Origin: Mobula hypostoma
Taxonomy: Eukaryota
Length of the DNA stretch: 64,000 nt
Assembly: GCF_963921235.1 (NCBI RefSeq)
Contig: NC_086108.1
Location: 105,092,001 to 105,156,000 of the forward strand
Direction of reading: 5' to 3'
Position numbers and translations under genes: made by a program. Each line of letters opens with the position of its first letter. Position 1 is the first letter of the stretch. A model generated the notes under the pieces. That model searched no databases. It was given only the letters and a program-made list of their open reading frames with translations, and was not told the DNA's origin. Of the stretch, positions 24,127 to 37,987 are shown piece after piece.

Positions 24127-26689
24127 TATTTATGCAATTACAATTATAATATGTTTAAATTCTGCAGTGTAACACACACTCAATGCTGGAGGAACTTGGC
24201 AGTTCAGTCAGCATCTATGGAGAGGTGCTAACTTCTTCAATACTTGAATTGGCGAACGTTCAAAGCGGAAGACCAGAAATCGAGGCCAGCTGGCTGGAGC
24301 TTCTCGTCTGCGAATCTCTGTGACTCTGCTGGGGTAGTTGAAGGCCCAGCTTCTGTGTGCCCACATCCGATTCCAAGCCTGAGCCCAGGTCTGTGGGAGG
24401 TTGATGGTCAAAGAATATGGACTGTCTTGGGGTAGAGAACTGTGTATGTATTCAGGATTATTTTAATGCTATTTCCAGTACACAAGTGTAAAGTGTAAAA
24501 GAATTGTTACTCCAGAATCAATGTAGCACAAAAACCACACAATAACACAATAATAACAAAAAACACAATAAATATAAATACATAAGATATGCTTATAGAC
24601 ATAGATTGATTATATGTGCATAAAGTGGTGCTAGGCACAGGGGTGCCTGTAAATAAGGTGACTGACAGCAAGTGTCTAAGTAGTGGTGGTTGGGATGTGT
24701 GGAGGTGTCGATCAGCCTTACTGCTTGGGGAAGTAGCTGTTTTTGAGTCTGGTAGTCCTGGTGTGGATGCTATGTAGCTTCCTCCCTGATGGGAATGGGA
24801 CAAACAATCCTTGAGCAGGGTGGGTGGAATCCTTCATGATGTTACTGGCACTTTCTGTGTATAGGTGTGTATATATATATATATATATTTATATATTTAT
24901 ATGCGTGTATATATATGTCCTGGTGGGAGGGAGGGAGGAATGGGGCTTGTTTTGCTGCTGTTGTTTTGTAGCTTGTTGCAATCTGTGTTGTTCTGCCGAA
25001 CACTGTGGGCACACTCTGTTGGCGCCGGAATGTGTGGTGACACTTGCAGGTAGCTCACAGTGCACCTTTGTGTGTGTTTGTTGTTAATGCAAACAACGCA
25101 TTTCACTGCATGCTTGACGTACACGTGATAAATAAGCTTGAATCTTGAAATGAGTAATAGCTATTAATACTTTATAAACTCAGGAGATTCTATAGGTGTT
25201 GGACACAAACACAGAATGCTGGAGGAACTCAACAGGTCAGACAGCATGTATGGAGGGGAATAAACAGTCTACGTATGTTTTGGGCTGAGACCCTTCATCA
25301 GGTCTGAAAAGGAAGGGGGAAAGCAGAAAATCTGTAGTATTAATTTTTTGGGAGTGACTAACTTCACTGTAAGGACACAGTGTTCACAGTCATTACAGCA
25401 AACATACTAATCATCAGAACCACAGCAGATCAGTGAAAGTTGTTCAAAACTAATAAGATACAGAACCTATTTTATTTGTGGAAAGAGCACATCCTGAATA
25501 AATAAACAAATACGGGATAACTTACAACTGAAAGTGAAAGGGAAAGATCGAGCGTGGAGCCTGGCGACTGAGAGAAATACCAAAAGAACAGAAGAAGACA
25601 GAACAGGTGCCATGAATTATGAATCGGGAACCTGGAAACAAATAACAAAAATGGTATTTTTTTTTACAATTATATTGAGAAAAGGTTGAAAGTAATGTGG
25701 TTCTTTGATGTTAATGATGAACAAAGAGATGTGTCTAAGAAACTGGGTGATTATTTTCCATCTGCATTTACAGAGCAGCTTGTCAGATGCCCCAAGAACA
25801 CAAACATTGTATCGGGGTAGAGATTAAACAACAGTAACAGGACCATATCACATCGATGATGCACAAAGAGACTCTAAAAGCATTCATTGAAGCAAAGGAG
25901 ATGTAATTGAACATTCCAGATACTGTGATTATGAACTTCTAAAGCAGGGGTTCCCAACATTTTTTATGCCATGGACAAGTAACATTAAGCAAGGAGTCCA
26001 TATTCGAAAGGGTGGAATTTGTTAATACCATGATCATCATCGTTACGTGCCAAGTCGTATGACATGGGTGAAAATGGTCTCATGACCATGATTGCTCTCG
26101 TCAAATTTTTCTACGGAAGTGGTTTTCCATTGCCTTCGTCTGGGCAGTGTCTTTTCAAGATGGGTGACTCCAGCCATTATCAAAACTCTTCAGAGATTGT
26201 CTGCCTGGCATCAGTGGTCACGTACCAGGATTTGCAATATGCACACGCCCTGCACTCTCCATGAAGCATTGCAGTACCACTTTCATTACCGTTGGATCTG
26301 ATCCACCCAGTCCACTAGAGCTGACTTCAAAAGCTAGGACAGGCATGTCCTGATTTCACTGGGGTACGATGCCATCGGCTACCCTCACCTGGTTCAGACC
26401 TGCCTGTTGAAGTAATGTAAAGGGCTGTGGATGCTGTTGCAGGAAAACAGCTGCTTGGAGCCACAGGTGAGGGATGAGTGTCCAGTGGGGTCCAAAGTTG
26501 AGCAAGCTGCCCCAGAATGGACATGATAAGTCCCCTTCAACAGGATATCCCATATACTCCAAGTAAATAGATAAATAGATAAGAATATAATACTCGCAAC
26601 ACACATCAAAGTTGCTGGTGAATGCAGCAGGCCAGGCAGCATCTCTAGGAAGAGGTACAGTCGACATTTCAGGCCGAGACCCTTCAACC

Positions 26690-29420
26690 CTGGCCCCCAT
26701 TTCACCATCCCACAAACATATACCACTCCATTCCAACCCACACACACACCAGTAGCCCCCCCTTTCCACTCACCCACAAACCATCTCCCATTCCACCCCC
26801 ACACACTAATCCCCCCAATTCCACTCACACAGACCAATCTCCCCATTCCACCCCACAAACCAATCTCCCCAATTCCACCCCACCCCCACATACCAATCAC
26901 CCCAATTCCAACTCCACACACCAATCCCCCAATTCCACCCCCACACACCAATCTTCCATTCCACCCCATCCCCCACATACCAATCACCCCAATCCCTCCA
27001 CCTTCACAGACCATTCCCTGAATTCCATCCCCCACATACCAATCCCCCCAATTCCACCCCACACATTAATCCCCCAACTCCAACCCCACACATCAATCCC
27101 CCATTCCGCATCTCCACACACCAATCCCCCATTCCACATCTCCACACACCAATCCCCATTTCCAGCCGCCACACACAAATCTCCCCTTTCCATCACCAAA
27201 CAGCAACCCCCCATTCCACATCTCCACACACCAATCTTCCCATTCCACACCTCCACACAAAAATCCCCTCCATTTCACCATCACACTTTAACTCCCCATT
27301 TCCACACTGCAACACACCAATCCCCCATTTCACAACCACACTCTAATCTCCCATTCCACACCCCCAAACACCAATCCCCATTCTAACCCAATTCCACCCC
27401 CAAAACACCAATCCTCCCATTCCACTACAAAACACCAAGCCGCCATTCCACCCGCAAACACCAATCCCCCATTGCACACCCAAACACCAATTCCCCATTC
27501 CACCCCCAAACACCAATCCCTCATTCCACCCCCAAACACCAATTCCCCATTCCACCCCCAAACACCAATCCCTCATTCCACCCCCAAACACCAATCCCTC
27601 ATTCCACCCACAAACACCAATCCCTTATTCCATCCCCAAACACCAATCCCCCATTCCACCCCCAAACACCAATCCCTTATTCCACCCCCAAACACTAATT
27701 CCCCATTCCACCCCCAAACACCAATCCCCTCATTCTACTGCCACAGACCAATCCCTCCATTCCACCCCGAAACACCAATCCCCCATTCCACCCCCAAACA
27801 CCAACCCCCCTCATTCCACACCCCCAAACACCAGTCCCGATTCCGCCCCAAACACCAATCCTCCATTCCACCCCCAAACACCAATCCCCCCATTCCACAC
27901 CCCCAAACACCAATTTCTTATTCCACCCCCAAACACCAATCCCCCATTCTAACCCCCACACACAAATCCCCATTCCACCCCCAAACACCAATCCCCCATT
28001 CTAAACCCCACACACAAATCCCCATTCCACCCCCAAACACCAATCCCCCATTCCACCCCCAAACACCAATCCCCCATTCTAATTCCCACACACAAATCTC
28101 CATTCCACCCCCAAACACCAATCCCCCATTCCACACCCCTGAACACCAATTTCCCATTCCACCCCCAAACACCAATCCCCCATTCTAACCCCCCCACACA
28201 ATTCCCCATTCCACCCCCAAACACCAATCCCCCATTCCACACCCCCGAACACCAATTTTCTATTCCACCCCCAAACACCAATCCCCCATTCTAACCCCCA
28301 CACACAAATCCCCATTCCACCCCCAAACACCAATCCCCCATTCCACCCCCAAACACCAATCCCCCATTCCACCCCCAAATACCAATCTCCCCATTCCACC
28401 CCCACACACCAATCCCCCCATTCTAACCCTTACACACAAATCCCCATTCCACCCCCAAATGCCAATCCCCCCATTCCACCCCCAAACACCAATCCCCCAT
28501 TCCACAGCCCCGAACACCAATTTCATTTTCCACCCCCAAACACCAATCCCCCATTCCACACCCCCGAACACCAATTTCCTATTCCACCCCCAAACACCAA
28601 TCCCCCATTCCACACCCCCGAACACCAATTTCCTATTCCACCCCCAAACACCAATCCCCCATTCCAACCCCCACACACAAATCCCAATTTCACCCCCAAA
28701 CACCAATCCCCCCATTCCATTCCCACACACCAATCCTCCCTTTCCACCCCAAAGCACTAATCCCCTCATTCCACATCCCCGAACACCAATTTGCCATTCC
28801 ATCCCCACACAGCAATCCCCTCCATTTCACCCCCATATACCAATCCTGCCATTCCATACCCCCACATTCCAATCCTCCCATTCCACACCCCCTCCACACA
28901 CAAATTATTCCACACCCCTACATTACAGTCCCCCCATTCCAACCCCCACATACCAATCCCACCATTCTCCACCCCACAACGCCAATCCCCCATTCCACAC
29001 CCCACATACCAATCCTTCTATTCCACACCCCCACATACCAACCCCTCCATTCCACACCCCTACATTCCAATCCTCCCATTCGACACCCCCTCCACACACA
29101 AATCTCTTCCATTCCACATCCCCCACCCACCAATACCCCAATTCCACCACTCACACATCAATCCCCTGTTCCACACCACCACATAGCAATTAAACTGCAT
29201 TCCACCCACACACACCAATCCCCCATTCCACCCCACACACACAAATCCCCTCATTCCAACCCCACATACCAATCCCCCATTCCATTCCCCACCGCATTCC
29301 ACCCCACCAAACACCAATCTCCCCATTCCACACCCCACACAATACCACTCATTCCACCCCCCCCACACACCAATCCACCCTCTTCATCATTCCCCCCCCC
29401 CATTTCACCCCTCACTCACA
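26690..29420. repeat. C-rich minisatellite, ~26-bp unit caccaatcccccattccacccccaaa with variants
   Basis: Direct reading; homogeneous core ~27480-28700, degenerate edges; almost no G on +. Confidence 0.95.
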
Positions 29421-29893
29421 CACCAGCGGCAATTTCCAGCGGCCAATTAATCTACCAACCTGCACCCCTCTGACATATGGGAAGAAACGGGAGCAACTTG
29501 AGGAACCAAGTGGCAGTCACGGGGGATACGTGCAAACTCCACGTGTAACGCATCCAAAGTCAGATTCGAACCCAGGCCTATAACGCTTTCTGGGGAGAAG
29601 AGAGAACCCTTTACAAACCATCTACAACCATCAGGATCCTGAACCAGTGTGGATGATTTCACTCCCATCAACACTGAACTGATTCCACGACCTATAGACA
29701 CTCTTTCAATGTTTCGGCAACTCATATTCTCAGTATTATCTAACTGTTTATTATTTGCACAATTTTCTCATCTTTTGCAGATTTGCTGTTTGTTGCTTGT
29801 TGTTTTTTTTCATAAATTCTATTGTATTTCTTTATTTTCCTGTGAATGTCTACAAGAAAATGAATCTCGTGGTATATGGTGACATGTACACCA

Positions 29894-30058
29894 CCTGCCG
29901 AAGGGTTTTGGCCTGAAACTTCAACGAGTCCTGCATAAGGGTGTTGGCCTGAAACGTCGACTGTACTCGTTTCCTAAATGTTGACTGGCCTGCTGAGTTC
30001 CTCCAGCATTTTCTGTGTGTTGCTCTGATTTCCAGTATCTACAGATTTTCTCTTGTTT
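29894..30058 (+). mobile_element. Penelope pseudo-LTR insertion with two tandem degenerate hammerhead-like motifs
   Basis: cctgccgaagggttttggcctgaaac followed by gtcctgcataagggtgttggcctgaaacgtcgac; flanking atatggtgac repeats. Confidence 0.7.
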
Positions 30059-30288
30059 AAGATATGGTGACGTACACATACCTTGAGGATCTAAGTTGGA
30101 CCCAACATATTGATACAGTTACGAAGAAGGCAGGACAGCGGCTATATTTCATCACGAGCTCAAGGAGATTTGGTACGTCACCAAAGACGCTCGCAAATTG
30201 CCGCAAACAAGAGAAAATCTACAGATGCTGGAAATCAGAGCAACACACAGAAAATGCTGGAGGAACATGATGCTGGAAAATCTACAGA

Positions 30289-30611
30289 TGTGGCCAAGTG
30301 ATTAAGGTATTGGACCAGCGACCTGAAGGTCGTGAGTTCGAGCCCCAGCCGAGGTAACGTGTTGTGTCCTTGAGCAAGGCACTTAATCACACATTGCTCT
30401 GTGACAACACTGGTGCCAAGCTGTATGGGTCCTAATGCCCTTCCCTTGGACAACATTGGTGTCGTGGAGAGGGGAGACTTGCAGCATGGGCAACTGCTGG
30501 TCTTCCACACAACCTTACCCAGGCCTGCGCCCTGGAGAGTGAAGACTTTCCAGGCGCAGATCCACGGTCTCACAAGACTAACGGATGCATTATTTATTTA
30601 TTTATTTATTA
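30289..30611 (+). mobile_element. tRNA/CORE-like SINE with (ttta)n tail
   Basis: Near-identical to the 9197 copy; B box gttcgagcc. Confidence 0.88.
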
Positions 30612-31853
30612 TCAGGTCACCTCTCATCCTCTGTCGCTCCAAGGAGAATATATATATGCATATATATAATTACTGTAATTCACAGTTAATTTTTCTGTTA
30701 TTATGTATTGCATTGTACTGCTGCTGCAAATTCAACAAAAGTCACGACATATGCTGGTGATATTAAACCTGATTCTGATTCTGATTGATAATAAATTGAC
30801 TTTGAACTCTGAAAGGAATTGTTGATGTTTCAAGCTGTTGTATCTTCTGTCTGATGGAGGGGGGTGGTGCGGGTTGTTGAGAAGACAGGACGACCTGAGT
30901 GGGATGTTCTATTAGCTGCACCAAGTACTGTATATGTATTTACAACATCACCAAGCAAGCGTTAGGCTAAAAGAGACTTCTATTTATGCAATTTCTTTTT
31001 AATTGAAGGTACCTGAAAGGAGTTTTTCCCTGAATGAAGTCCTTTTTGAAGTGTACTTGCTTTTGTAATGAGTGAAACATGGCAGTCAATTTGCACACAG
31101 CATGTACCTATAAACATCAACATGGTAACAACCAGATAATCATTATTTAAGTGATTCTGATGGAATAAATATTGGCCAGGATTCAGGGAATATTAAAATA
31201 ACATCATCCACCTGAGAGAACAGATGGAGATTCAGTTTATCTGAAAAAAAAAATTGAGTTTGGCTGGAAATTCATCCCTGCTCTCAGCTCACAGATCATT
31301 AGCTGCCTTTGAGTTGCTTTTCACTGCAGTGAGGAGGCCTGAATTTCGGAGGTACAATAACAATATTTAAGTAGCATTTCGACAGGTGCTTGGATAGACT
31401 CAACCAGTCCATCACGGGCACAAGGCTGCCAACCATTGTAGACATCTTCAAAAGGTGATGTCTCAAGAAGGCAGCATCGATCATGAAGGACCCTCACCAC
31501 CCAGGACATCACCTCACAATTTTGGAGGGATGACAAGCAATCTGTTGGTGAAACCCAGTGGGTGAAGCAGCAACCGTCTACCTGCATTGCACTTTGTCAG
31601 TGGCTGTTACAGTCATGCTAGAAATGGTCATATTTCATGTTGGAACACAACTGTAGAAAGAGAAGTGTAGGTCGACAATAAGGTCCAAGGATCACGATAA
31701 GATAGACTGTGAGGTTAAGAGTCCATTTAATAATCTTATTAGTGCAGGATAGAAACTGTCCTTGAGCCTGGTGTTTACAGGCGTTTCCATCTTCTGCCCA
31801 ATGGGAGGCAGGAGAAAAGAGAATGTCTTGTTTTGTAGCAGCAGAACAGTACA

Positions 31854-32146
31854 GCACGTGGCCAAGTGGTTAAGGCATTGGACTAGCGACCTGAAGGTTG
31901 TGAGTTCGAGCCCCAGCCGAGGGAACGTGTTGTGTCCTTGAGCAAGGCACTTAATCACACATTGCTTTGTGACGACACTGGTGCCAAGCTGTTTGGGTCT
32001 TAATGCCCTTCCCTTGGACAACACTGGTGTCATGGAGAGGGGAGACTTGCAGCATGGGCAACTGCTGGTCTTCCATACAACCTTGCCCAGGCCTGTGCCC
32101 TGAAGAGATCCATGGTCTCGCAAGACTAACGGATGCCTTTACTTTT
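31854..32146 (+). mobile_element. tRNA/CORE-like SINE
   Basis: Same family; 8-bp direct repeat acagtaca at 31846 and 32147. Confidence 0.88.
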
Positions 32147-32737
32147 ACAGTACAAGATATAAAAATCCAAGTTACAATAACAAATAAATAAATAAACAGA
32201 ACAAATGAAGGATGGTGTTCATGGGTTCAGAAATCTGATGGCAGAGGGAAGAAGCTGTTTCTAAAACTCTGAGTGTGTGTCTTCAGGCTTCTGCACCTCC
32301 TCCCTCATGACAGTAATGAGAAGGGGTCATATCCTGAATGGTGAGGGTTCTTCACGATCGATGCTGCCTTCTTGAGGCACCGCCTTTTGAAGGTGTCCAA
32401 ATAGTGAGGAGGCTTCTTCTGCCTGTTATGGAGCTGACTGAGTCTATCCAGGCATCCGTCCAAATGTTATTTAAATGTTGTTATTGTACTTGCCTTAACC
32501 ATTTCCTCTGGCATCTTGTCCCATATATTGACCACCCTCTGAGTGAAAAAGTCATCCCTCACATTCCTTTTAAATTGAACTTTGCACCATCCCTTTGCTG
32601 TGCACTCACTGCTAAATGTATTGGATGAACTATTATCATGTACAGAGCTTACACTGTGAGCTTCATCTGGGTAAAGAATTTCATTATGTACTGGCGGTCA
32701 ATAAACTGAGATGAATCTGAATCTCCATCATTAAAGT

Positions 32738-33110
32738 TCGAGGCCCTCCATTGGTTGTGCTTGACCATGGATGCTGCATCCCAGCTGTCTACGTGACACA
32801 CAAGCCAGGGCAGTGCAATGTGGAGAGCAAGCTGTTGCCCATGTAGCAAGCTCCCTCCCTCCACGCAGCTGATGAATCCAAGGAAACAGCAGGGACCAAT
32901 ACAGCTTGGCACCAGCAGTGTCGCAGGTGCTGCCAGTCCGTGTTGAACTCCACGTCGGACTGTCTTAGGGTCTCAGCTCCAGATTCTTCCTCGGGGGTTC
33001 ACTCTCACAGCCTTCCCCATGAGTGGGTTTAGCTGCAAGGCAGCGGAGGTTTGAGATCAGAGTTTTCTTTTCCTAGATGAGCTGCCAACCGCAGCTAACA
33101 AGCCCCAGTG
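32738..33110 (-). repeat. Interspersed non-coding repeat; + copies at 44815-45390, 47105-47655 and 35670-35752
   Basis: Shared gcagctcatctagg, aaaccc(t/c)gagga, atgggcaacagcttgctctcca, ccatggt..acc blocks. Confidence 0.65.
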
Positions 33111-34729
33111 GCCCAAATTAATGATCAAAAATTAAAAATTAAAAATTAGCTTTATTTGTCACATTGAAACAGTGAAATGCATCCTTTTCATTTCTGTTGA
33201 TCAACACAGCCCATGGATTGTGCCGGGGGTGGGGGGGGGGGGTAACCCACAGGCGTCGCCATGCTTCTGGTGCCCAAATTAGCATGCCCACAACTTACTA
33301 ACCCTATCCCATATAGTACGTCTCTGAAATGTGGGAGGAAACCAGAGCACCTGGAGGAAACCCAGTCACAGGGAGAACGTAGTATGGCGGGAATTGAATC
33401 CTGATTGGTGACCGCTGGCTCTGTAAATCGATTGCGCCAACCGCTATGCTACTTTGATGCCTCGCGCCTCACATTAAGTTCCCCATATGCATCTGTCATG
33501 GTGAGCACTGGCAATGACAGAACCCAGGCTCGGAGGAACAGCAGACTCCCGTGTAGAGTTGGAAACAAGAGGTTATACGTCAGAGTTCTAACAGAACGTT
33601 GGTGGCACGACTGAGCGACACTGCGAGACAAATCAACACAAGGGCTCCCTGATGAGCACTAAACAAGAGTCCACTGTAAATACTTGTAGAATGTAGAAAA
33701 CCTGTGCCAGTCACAATCAACCTGACAAGGTTAAACAGAAAGCCAATAACTCAAGTTAAAACAACAATTAGTAAATGCATAACCCAGAAGCCCAGCTCAA
33801 GTCACAGAGACCCACAGGGCTGATGAGAGTATCCATCTCCTCAGATGGCAGGCTACATCTTTATTCTTCAGTCCATCCTTTGTGTCCACTTGTGTGTACA
33901 CCAAGTCCCTAACAGCCAAAGTAGCAGTAGCCAACACAGCCCCTCAATGATGTTACATTTTAAGGCATCTTTCTTTTATTATCTGTTGAATACCCATCCC
34001 ATAATTGTGTTAAATCAGGAACTCAGAGCAAAAGCTAGGCATCCCTTTGATCAGAATACTTACTTATTTGATATTTCCAAATAAAATTTCCTTGCAAGGT
34101 GTCTTTAGAGGTGATGGCTTTCTGAAAGAATTTAAAAGCATTGAAGGAGTCATATGTAGCAAAATCTCTGAATCTCTGATCACAGTAAGATTTACATCGT
34201 AGGTTAAATGGATCATTAAATTATGATTTCAGCCCGAAGGATTTTGGCAGAGAGGGTGAATCTTATTTTCTGAAGTTATTCAGACATTCACATGATATTT
34301 TAACAGTTACCTTATTTACTGGCTATGTCACTGAGGGGCATAAAGTGAAGAGTACTGGTGGATGTGCTTCGTAATTTCATTCCCCTCATTATTAACCATG
34401 TCAGACCTATATTTATTGTACATGGATCTCCATTGTATATTTCAGCAAACACATTTATAATCTTATAACACTCAATGAATTGCTTCTTGGCATGCAGGTA
34501 AATGTGAAGGCCATTTTGCACATGAGTTATCAGAAACACAATAAGATGATGATTACTCTGGTGTGACAGGTGGCAAGGGAAGTGGTTGCTTAGATACGGA
34601 GAATATAACCCACTCGTTTTCAAATAATCGCATTAAGCTCTGGCCATACAGAGCTTGTGGCTACCATGCCAAAGAGAGATGCTACAATAGGTGAGGATCT
34701 CAATACAATTGTTATCACATCAGAGGTGA

Positions 34730-35200
34730 TGACGTTATGGGGAGATTGGGCGGGGGGCGTGGGGTGAGTTTACTTGCTGGTCGAGAGCTGCTTCCATCGT
34801 GCCGGTCATCGATTGGCCCTTTTGAAGGAAGCAGCAACTCTTTCCCGTTGGTTGCCTCGTGTGCCATGGCACTGGTGTCTGGTTTCAGGCACCTCAGGGG
34901 TAAGAATAACACATGTGATAGGCTTGGTCTCTTTCCTTTTGTTCCCAGGCATGCTTCACACTGAGGTTACAACCCGTGTTGAAGAACCATTGGGAAGGTA
35001 TGCTCCACACTTAGAAGGCCCGTGCGCACTCTTAGCTAAGTGTTCGTTTGTTGAATATTTAGTTTTAGTTTGTGTAACTTGGGGGACTTAGATGTTTGGT
35101 TGAATCTTTTACTGTTTGTAAATAAATGATTAATGTGCTTATTCATAATCAGTATCTTCTGCCTCACTCACCAAACCCGTGAACCTTGTTCCATGTTACA
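34730..35200. mobile_element. Solo LTR inserted in a CR1 fragment (~34690-35530)
   Basis: TG...CA ends; exact 5-bp TSD ggtga (34725-34729, 35201-35205); AATAAA near 35121. Confidence 0.75.
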
Positions 35201-36519
35201 GGTGATGAGCAAACTAGTGGGTCTAAGGAAAAATAAGTCACCTACTCCAGATGGGATCCAACCCATGGGACTGAAAGAAATGGTGGAGGTTAAAGCAGAC
35301 AGTTTTGTGATAATTTACCAGAATTCTCTGGACTTTGGGAAGCCCCTGGCAGATTGGAAGACAGTGACCTTCATGCTACGGTTTAAAAAGGGTTAGGCAA
35401 AAGATGGGTAACTATAGACCAGTCAGCTTAAAGTCAGTTGTGATGAAATTGTTGAAGCTATCAATAAGGAAGAAATTGCAAGGCACCTGGACAGAAATGG
35501 TGCCAACAGGCAGGTGCAGCATGGATTCATGAAAACAAGAGATCTTGCAGATGTTGGAAATCCACACACAAGACGCTGGAGGAACTCAACAAGTCAGGCA
35601 GCATCTATGGAAATGAATAAACAGTTGACGTTTCAGGCTGAGATCCTTCCTCAGGACTCCTGAGCCTGCTGAATGGGCAACAACTTGCTCTCCATATCGC
35701 ACTGCCTTGGCTTGTGTGTGACATCCATGGCTGACCCTGACCAACAGAGGCCTCTCCCTTATTAACTCTATGTCAACTGTACATGGCTGAGGTAGCAGAG
35801 AAACATAAAAACATAGAAAACCTACAACACAATACAGGCCCTTCGGCCCACAATGTTGTGCTGAACATGTACTGACTTTAGAAATTACCTAGGTTTACTC
35901 ATAGTCCTCTATTTTTCTAAGCTCCGTGTACCTATCCAGGAGTCTCTTAAAAGACCCTATCATATCTGCCTCCACCTCCGCCGCTGGTAGCCCATTCCAC
36001 GCACTCACCACTGTCTGTGTAAAAAACTTAACCCCTGACATCTCCTCTGTACCTACTTCCAAGCACCTTATAACTGTGCCCTCTCAATTCAGTATTCTAA
36101 CAATTCAGAGGTTACTATATTTTTTGTTTCTGCATTTTTAATTCACTTCCCAGGTGGTCAAATTCCCTCAGCAGAACCACTTTTCTTCTTCTTGCTGATA
36201 ACAGTTGATAATCTTTCTCCTAGGGTTGAAGAATCTAATGCCAGAGGGCACACATATAAAGTGAGAGGAAGTAGGTTCAGAGGGATTTTAAGGGGCAAGT
36301 TTATCGCACAGAGACTTGTTGGCACTTGGAATTCACTGCCTGAGGTGACGGAAGCAGATGTGATAGAGGCATTTAAGAGGCTCTTAAGATAGGCTTATGA
36401 ATGTGCAGAGAATGGAGGGATATGGGCATATGGGCAAGATTAGTTTGGTTAGGCCTTTAATTACTAGTTTAATTAGTTAAAAAATCCCTTCTCCTCTACT
36501 TTACTGTCCTATGTCAATG

Positions 36520-37430
36520 AGTCTGAGGCTGGATGGTGATATCATCAACCATGGAAGAAAAATTGACACACAGACACACTCGTTCATTCGTGCATCAGGC
36601 AATGATGAGAACCACTCTGGTCATTCACGATTTGTAGGGGCTGGACTGGTCTGCAGGTAAGTAGGTGGCTGAAGAGGCCAATTCACACTTGAAAAGTTCC
36701 TTGACAGTGTGGACAAAAGATGGCAACCACATTGGGTTGGGGGTCACTGGCTCAGGCTTTCCAGGCCAGTTTATGTCTCTCTGCTACAATTGTCCTTTCT
36801 ACCTCACGTGTCACTGTAGCCTTATGGAGGGAGGAGCACAACTCAATTTGGATCCTGGGCCACATGTTTCCATGAGTCTGGATTGATACCAAAGGCTTTT
36901 TTGTGAGGTTTTCAGGGTGACTTTATAGCATTTCCTTTGATCTCCATGGGAACGCTTTCCTTTCAGTAGTTCGCCGTAAAGCAGTCTCTTAGGCAGATGA
37001 TGGTCTGGCATATGAGTTACATGGCCTGCCGAGTGTAACTCAGTGGTGTAGATATTGGGCAGGCCTGCCTTGTTAAGTACCTCAATGTCAGTGAATCTCT
37101 CTCACTACTTAATGTTGAAGAACTTTCTGAGGCAGACTGTGTGGAAATGATTCAGTTTCTTGACATGGCCTGGGTACACTGTCAACATTTCACAAACGCA
37201 AAGCAGTGTGGGAAGAACTACAGCGCTACGCATATTTAGCTTCGTCTCTAGACTTGTGCCTCTTCTGTTCCAGACGTTTGTATAAAGTCTGCCGAAAGCA
37301 TTGGAGATCCTGGCGTTTACCTCATCATCAATAACAATGTTCCGGGACAGCGGACTGCCAAGATACATGAACCTCTTCACTGGGTTGAGTCTTTGACTGT
37401 TGATGGTGATGTTGAATGTGACACAACCAC
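36520..37430 (-). mobile_element. RTE-clade LINE 3' fragment
   Basis: FMYLGS, ARISNAFGRL, VLPTLL, LNHFH..CLRK, LPKRLLYGEL..GKRSHG. Confidence 0.8.
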
Positions 37431-37987
37431 ACATAGACGCTAGTTTCAGAGAGACAGCATGGGAAAAGAATCAGAAATGTTAGGGCGTATTTTGGAGATG
37501 CAATGTAGCAAATTATAATTTCAACAGGAACCAGACTTCAGATCTGAATATGCATTTGGAATGCAGCTCTGAATATCGGTCTTTCCGGATCTACATTTTA
37601 GAGTAAATTGTAGACTAGGAAACACCCAATTGAGTGATGTATGTCTGCATATTCATAAATGCAATTAACAACCAATTGCGTGAATACGACTCAGAAACCA
37701 CCATTCTGCTGGGAAAACTCAGGAATCTGAAAAATTTCAACTAACTCAAAAGAAACATTGAAACTATATAAATTGTCCTGTTACCTTTGTTCTTTAAGAC
37801 ATAAAAATGAGCAGTAATGTTGGATTGGGGAGCCTCTCTCTTCAGTAACTGCAAAGGCTGTCAGCTTGTGTGTGTCCCAAATAAAGACTAATACCTACCA
37901 GTTGTAATTCTTCTGGTGGCTTCCGTCACAGTCACGACAGGAAATAGAATTAGAATCTGGCTTAATATCGGTGGGAATATGTCATAC

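Noticed and set aside
26356..29368. Many Gly/Trp-rich and Pro/His-rich ORFs
   Set aside because: Products of the stop-poor minisatellite in several frames; no coding signal
26690..29420. CRISPR-like or telomeric array
   Set aside because: Contiguous units with no unique spacers, no cas genes, and not TTAGGG
33473..33620. Minus-strand candidate exon (ctcgcag ... gtgagg)
   Set aside because: Splice-like motifs only; the peptide is unrecognisable and no partner exons were found
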